Part shown: one piece after another, positions 61,454 through 64,000 of the stretch
Layout of the letters: every line of letters starts with the position of its first letter
How positions within the stretch are numbered: the first letter of the stretch is position 1
The notes under the pieces: generated by a model
What the model saw: the letters and a program-made list of their open reading frames with translations, nothing else
Database searches by the model: none
What the model was told of the DNA's origin: nothing
Translations under genes and position numbers: made by a program
NCBI RefSeq assembly: GCF_018350175.1
Contig: NC_058382.1
Span: forward strand, 51,586,001 to 51,650,000
From: Felis catus
Taxonomy: Eukaryota
DNA length: 64,000 bases
Reading direction: 5' to 3'

Positions 61454-62139
61454 TTTATCAAAAGCTTTTTAAAGTAAATGACATTTTTCAGAGCACAAAG
61501 AAGACACTTCTAAAGAAATCTGCATAATCCGATCCTTTGTTTTGCCATGCACTCGTGACCAAGTGAGTCATGTGTAATGGCACAAGTCCTTGCCCAGGGG
61601 CTGAGGATTAAGACCTTTCCTGAACAGGGGATAAGACCCTGTCACCCTCCAGGGTGACTCTCCCATCACACCCTCTATTCTGGACCTCAGAGCTTCTGTC
61701 TGAGGAACCCTTTCCTCAGCATGCTGTGGGTGAGAACACACGAGGTGTCCCTGGGCAAACTCGGGAACACACCTCATCATATTGTCACCAAGATTTTAGG
61801 ACATAGCAGTGAGCAATGATGTGCAAACAGATTCACAAGCGGGCTATTGTTTCAGGCTGTGGTTACTCAGATGTCAGTGTACTTTCAAGTGCATGCTTCT
61901 TACCAGCAGGGTCAACAACAGACCCTTAAATTACATAGTCACGGGTGTAGACAGAGCCTTCCCAACCTTGGCTCTCAATCAGAACACAATTTGTGCTTAG
62001 ACATAAAGAAAGCTCTGTGCTGCTGGGAATGTTCATCCAGGGAAATCTAAAAATAGTGAGCTGCTTTGCTGTGGGTGCCCAATGGGACCTTAGGATAATA
62101 CTTTGCTATAAGTGAGTTTCGGGCAAAGTTTATTTGCTG

Positions 62140-62320
62140 AATTACCAGTAAAGAAATCCTACCTGTAACCCAATAGAATAAATTGGATTCCAGCTGCTTG
62201 TCAATTTTAAACAATGGGTAACTGGGTCCTAATCACTGGCTTAGGGAAAAGAGTGCAAGATTGATTAGTTATGTCTGCCTTGGGATCAGCCTTGGGGAGT
62301 AGCAGCACGAGTTCCACGAA
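62140..62320 (-). mobile_element. MER117-like hAT fragment
   Basis: ggaaaagagtgc...gattgattag...atgtctgcc. Confidence 0.5.
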
Positions 62321-62339
62321 TTTAAAATTCTGTCATTTA

Positions 62340-62557
62340 GGGGCGCCTGGATGGTTCAGTCGGTTAAGCGTCCGACTTCGGCTCAGGTCATGATCTCGTG
62401 GTCCGTGAGTTCGAGCCCCGCGTCAGGCTGTGTGCTGACAACTCAGAGCCCGGAGCCTGTTTCAGACTCTGTGTCTCCCTCTCTTTCTGGCCCTCCCCCA
62501 TTCATGCTCTGTCTCTCTCTGTCTCAAAAATAAATAAACGTTAAAAAAAATTTTTTT

Positions 62558-62595
<38 letters not shown>
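62340..62595 (+). mobile_element. CAN-SINE
   Basis: Perfect TSD aaaattctgtcattta; (AAAT)n tail. Confidence 0.96.
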
Positions 62596-62597
<2 letters not shown>

Positions 62598-63303
62598 AAT
62601 TCTGTCATTTAATGTCACAGTGTCCATTAAGTGTTGCCTGATTTCCTCAACCCAGTGTTGACTTCTCCACCTTTGGAAACTCCAACACTGTCTGCTTCTG
62701 CTTTTCTGTAACTCCTACTACATTCTACTCTGTTACTTACATGTTTGTTTCCCCTACCAAATCTTTAATGCCCCAAGTCATGAAATTTCATTTCATTTAT
62801 TAGTGTATTCCCCTCAGATCCCAGTGATCTATTCATCTTCACACACATTCCTCGATTCAGCAACAAGTACTGAATGTTGGAACTGGTTGGGATCTGGGAC
62901 AGAAACGTAAATAAGACCCAGGCCGTACCTTCGATAGGCTCATGGGCTGGTGGCGCACTGAATGAACGAGGCAGAAATTGTATTCTGGTTCCCCTACTGG
63001 AGCGATCTGTGCCGACAATCATCTCTTAGAGGGGTTTGGTGTTTCATGACTTATGAAGTAGGTTTCCATACGTATTGTGCTCTGGCATCATCCCAGTGAG
63101 ATGGGCAGAACAGTGAGCGGATGTCACATCAGAAAGACTAAAAGACTTGCCCACCGTGTCAACATAATGTGTTCTGACAAATACACCGAGAAACGTTTGT
63201 GGAAGTAACCACGAAGCAAATGGGGAAACCCTCTTCCGTAGTGCTGGGACTTGATCTCTGACAATCATCCCAGCTTCAAACATGGAGCATGAGCCTCAGC
63301 ATC

Positions 63304-63782
63304 TGCAGTTGGCTGGAGAATGGCCCCCACTATGATGTTCACATGCCAGTGCCTGGAACCTGAGATACATGCAAGGCTTCCTGGCAAAAGGGAATTAAGA
63401 TAGCCAAGCAGCTGACCTTAAAATAGGGGGATTGTCTTGGATTTTCCAGGTCAGCCTGAAATAATCGCAAGAGTCCTTAAGTGGGGACAAGGGACAGAGA
63501 AGAACAGATGATAGCATGAGAAGATTCAGCCGGACATGACTGGCTTTGAAGATGCAAGATGTGGCCACGGCCGAGGAATGCACACAGCTCCTGTAGGGGC
63601 TGGGAGAGGCAAGGAGACAGGTTCTCCTAGAGCACCCAGAAGGAACAGCCCTGCCAATACCTTGACGTTACCTGGACCGATTTGGGACTTGTGACCCTCA
63701 GAACTGCAAAATGGTAAAGATGTGTTATTTTAAGCCATCAAGTTTGTGATAATTCGTTACAGCAGCAATAGGAATCTACACA
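63304..63782 (+). mobile_element. MLT1 (D-like) solo LTR
   Basis: aatggcccc...cctggaacctg...gctgaccttaaaatag...ggctttgaagatg...ttttaagcca...gttacagcagcaatagga...ca. Confidence 0.9.
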
Positions 63783-64000
63783 GAGTCCTTGTGAGTAAAT
63801 CAGTTTCAAAATATCCTACTTTATAGGACTGTGAGAATGTGTGTGTGTGCGCGCATGTGCATGTGTGTGCCCGTGTGTGTTGAGTAAGAGGGTAGACACA
63901 CAAGGCCTTCTGCGTGAACGTTAATTCCCTTCTCCCTCTGACCACATCTTGGGAGTCTTTTTTATCAAAATTTAAATAATTTCTGGCCTAGAATATTCTC

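Noticed and set aside
1..64000. Named host gene or a novel multi-gene system
   Set aside because: No recognisable coding exon to anchor identity; content is explained by known mammalian repeats and plausible regulatory DNA

Overview
This is mammalian non-coding DNA, almost certainly from a felid (cat family). About 30 tRNA-derived carnivore CAN-SINEs are present, including four near-consensus copies of a young Felidae SINEC_Fc-type subfamily. There are also carnivore L1 3' ends, ancient L1M, L2, MIR, MaLR/ERVL LTRs and hAT MER DNA transposons. I found no convincing protein-coding exon, structural RNA gene, CRISPR array or prokaryote-type system; the listed ORFs are explained by repeats or chance. 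The most notable non-repeat signals are a CpG-rich element at ~13.4-14.5 kb with clustered NF-kB-like sites and a perfect-Kozak micro-ORF, a strong CTCF motif at 16.9 kb, a GC-shifted patch of ancient repeat at ~33.2-33.7 kb and an (AAGGG/TAGGG)n tract. Repeat architecture includes a clear twin-primed L1 and several nested retroposon insertions. L1s are strongly biased to the plus strand, which suggests the window may lie in an intron of a minus-strand gene. I cannot name the locus and I do not see a well-supported novel biological system. Repeat family names come from recalled consensus sequences, not a search.
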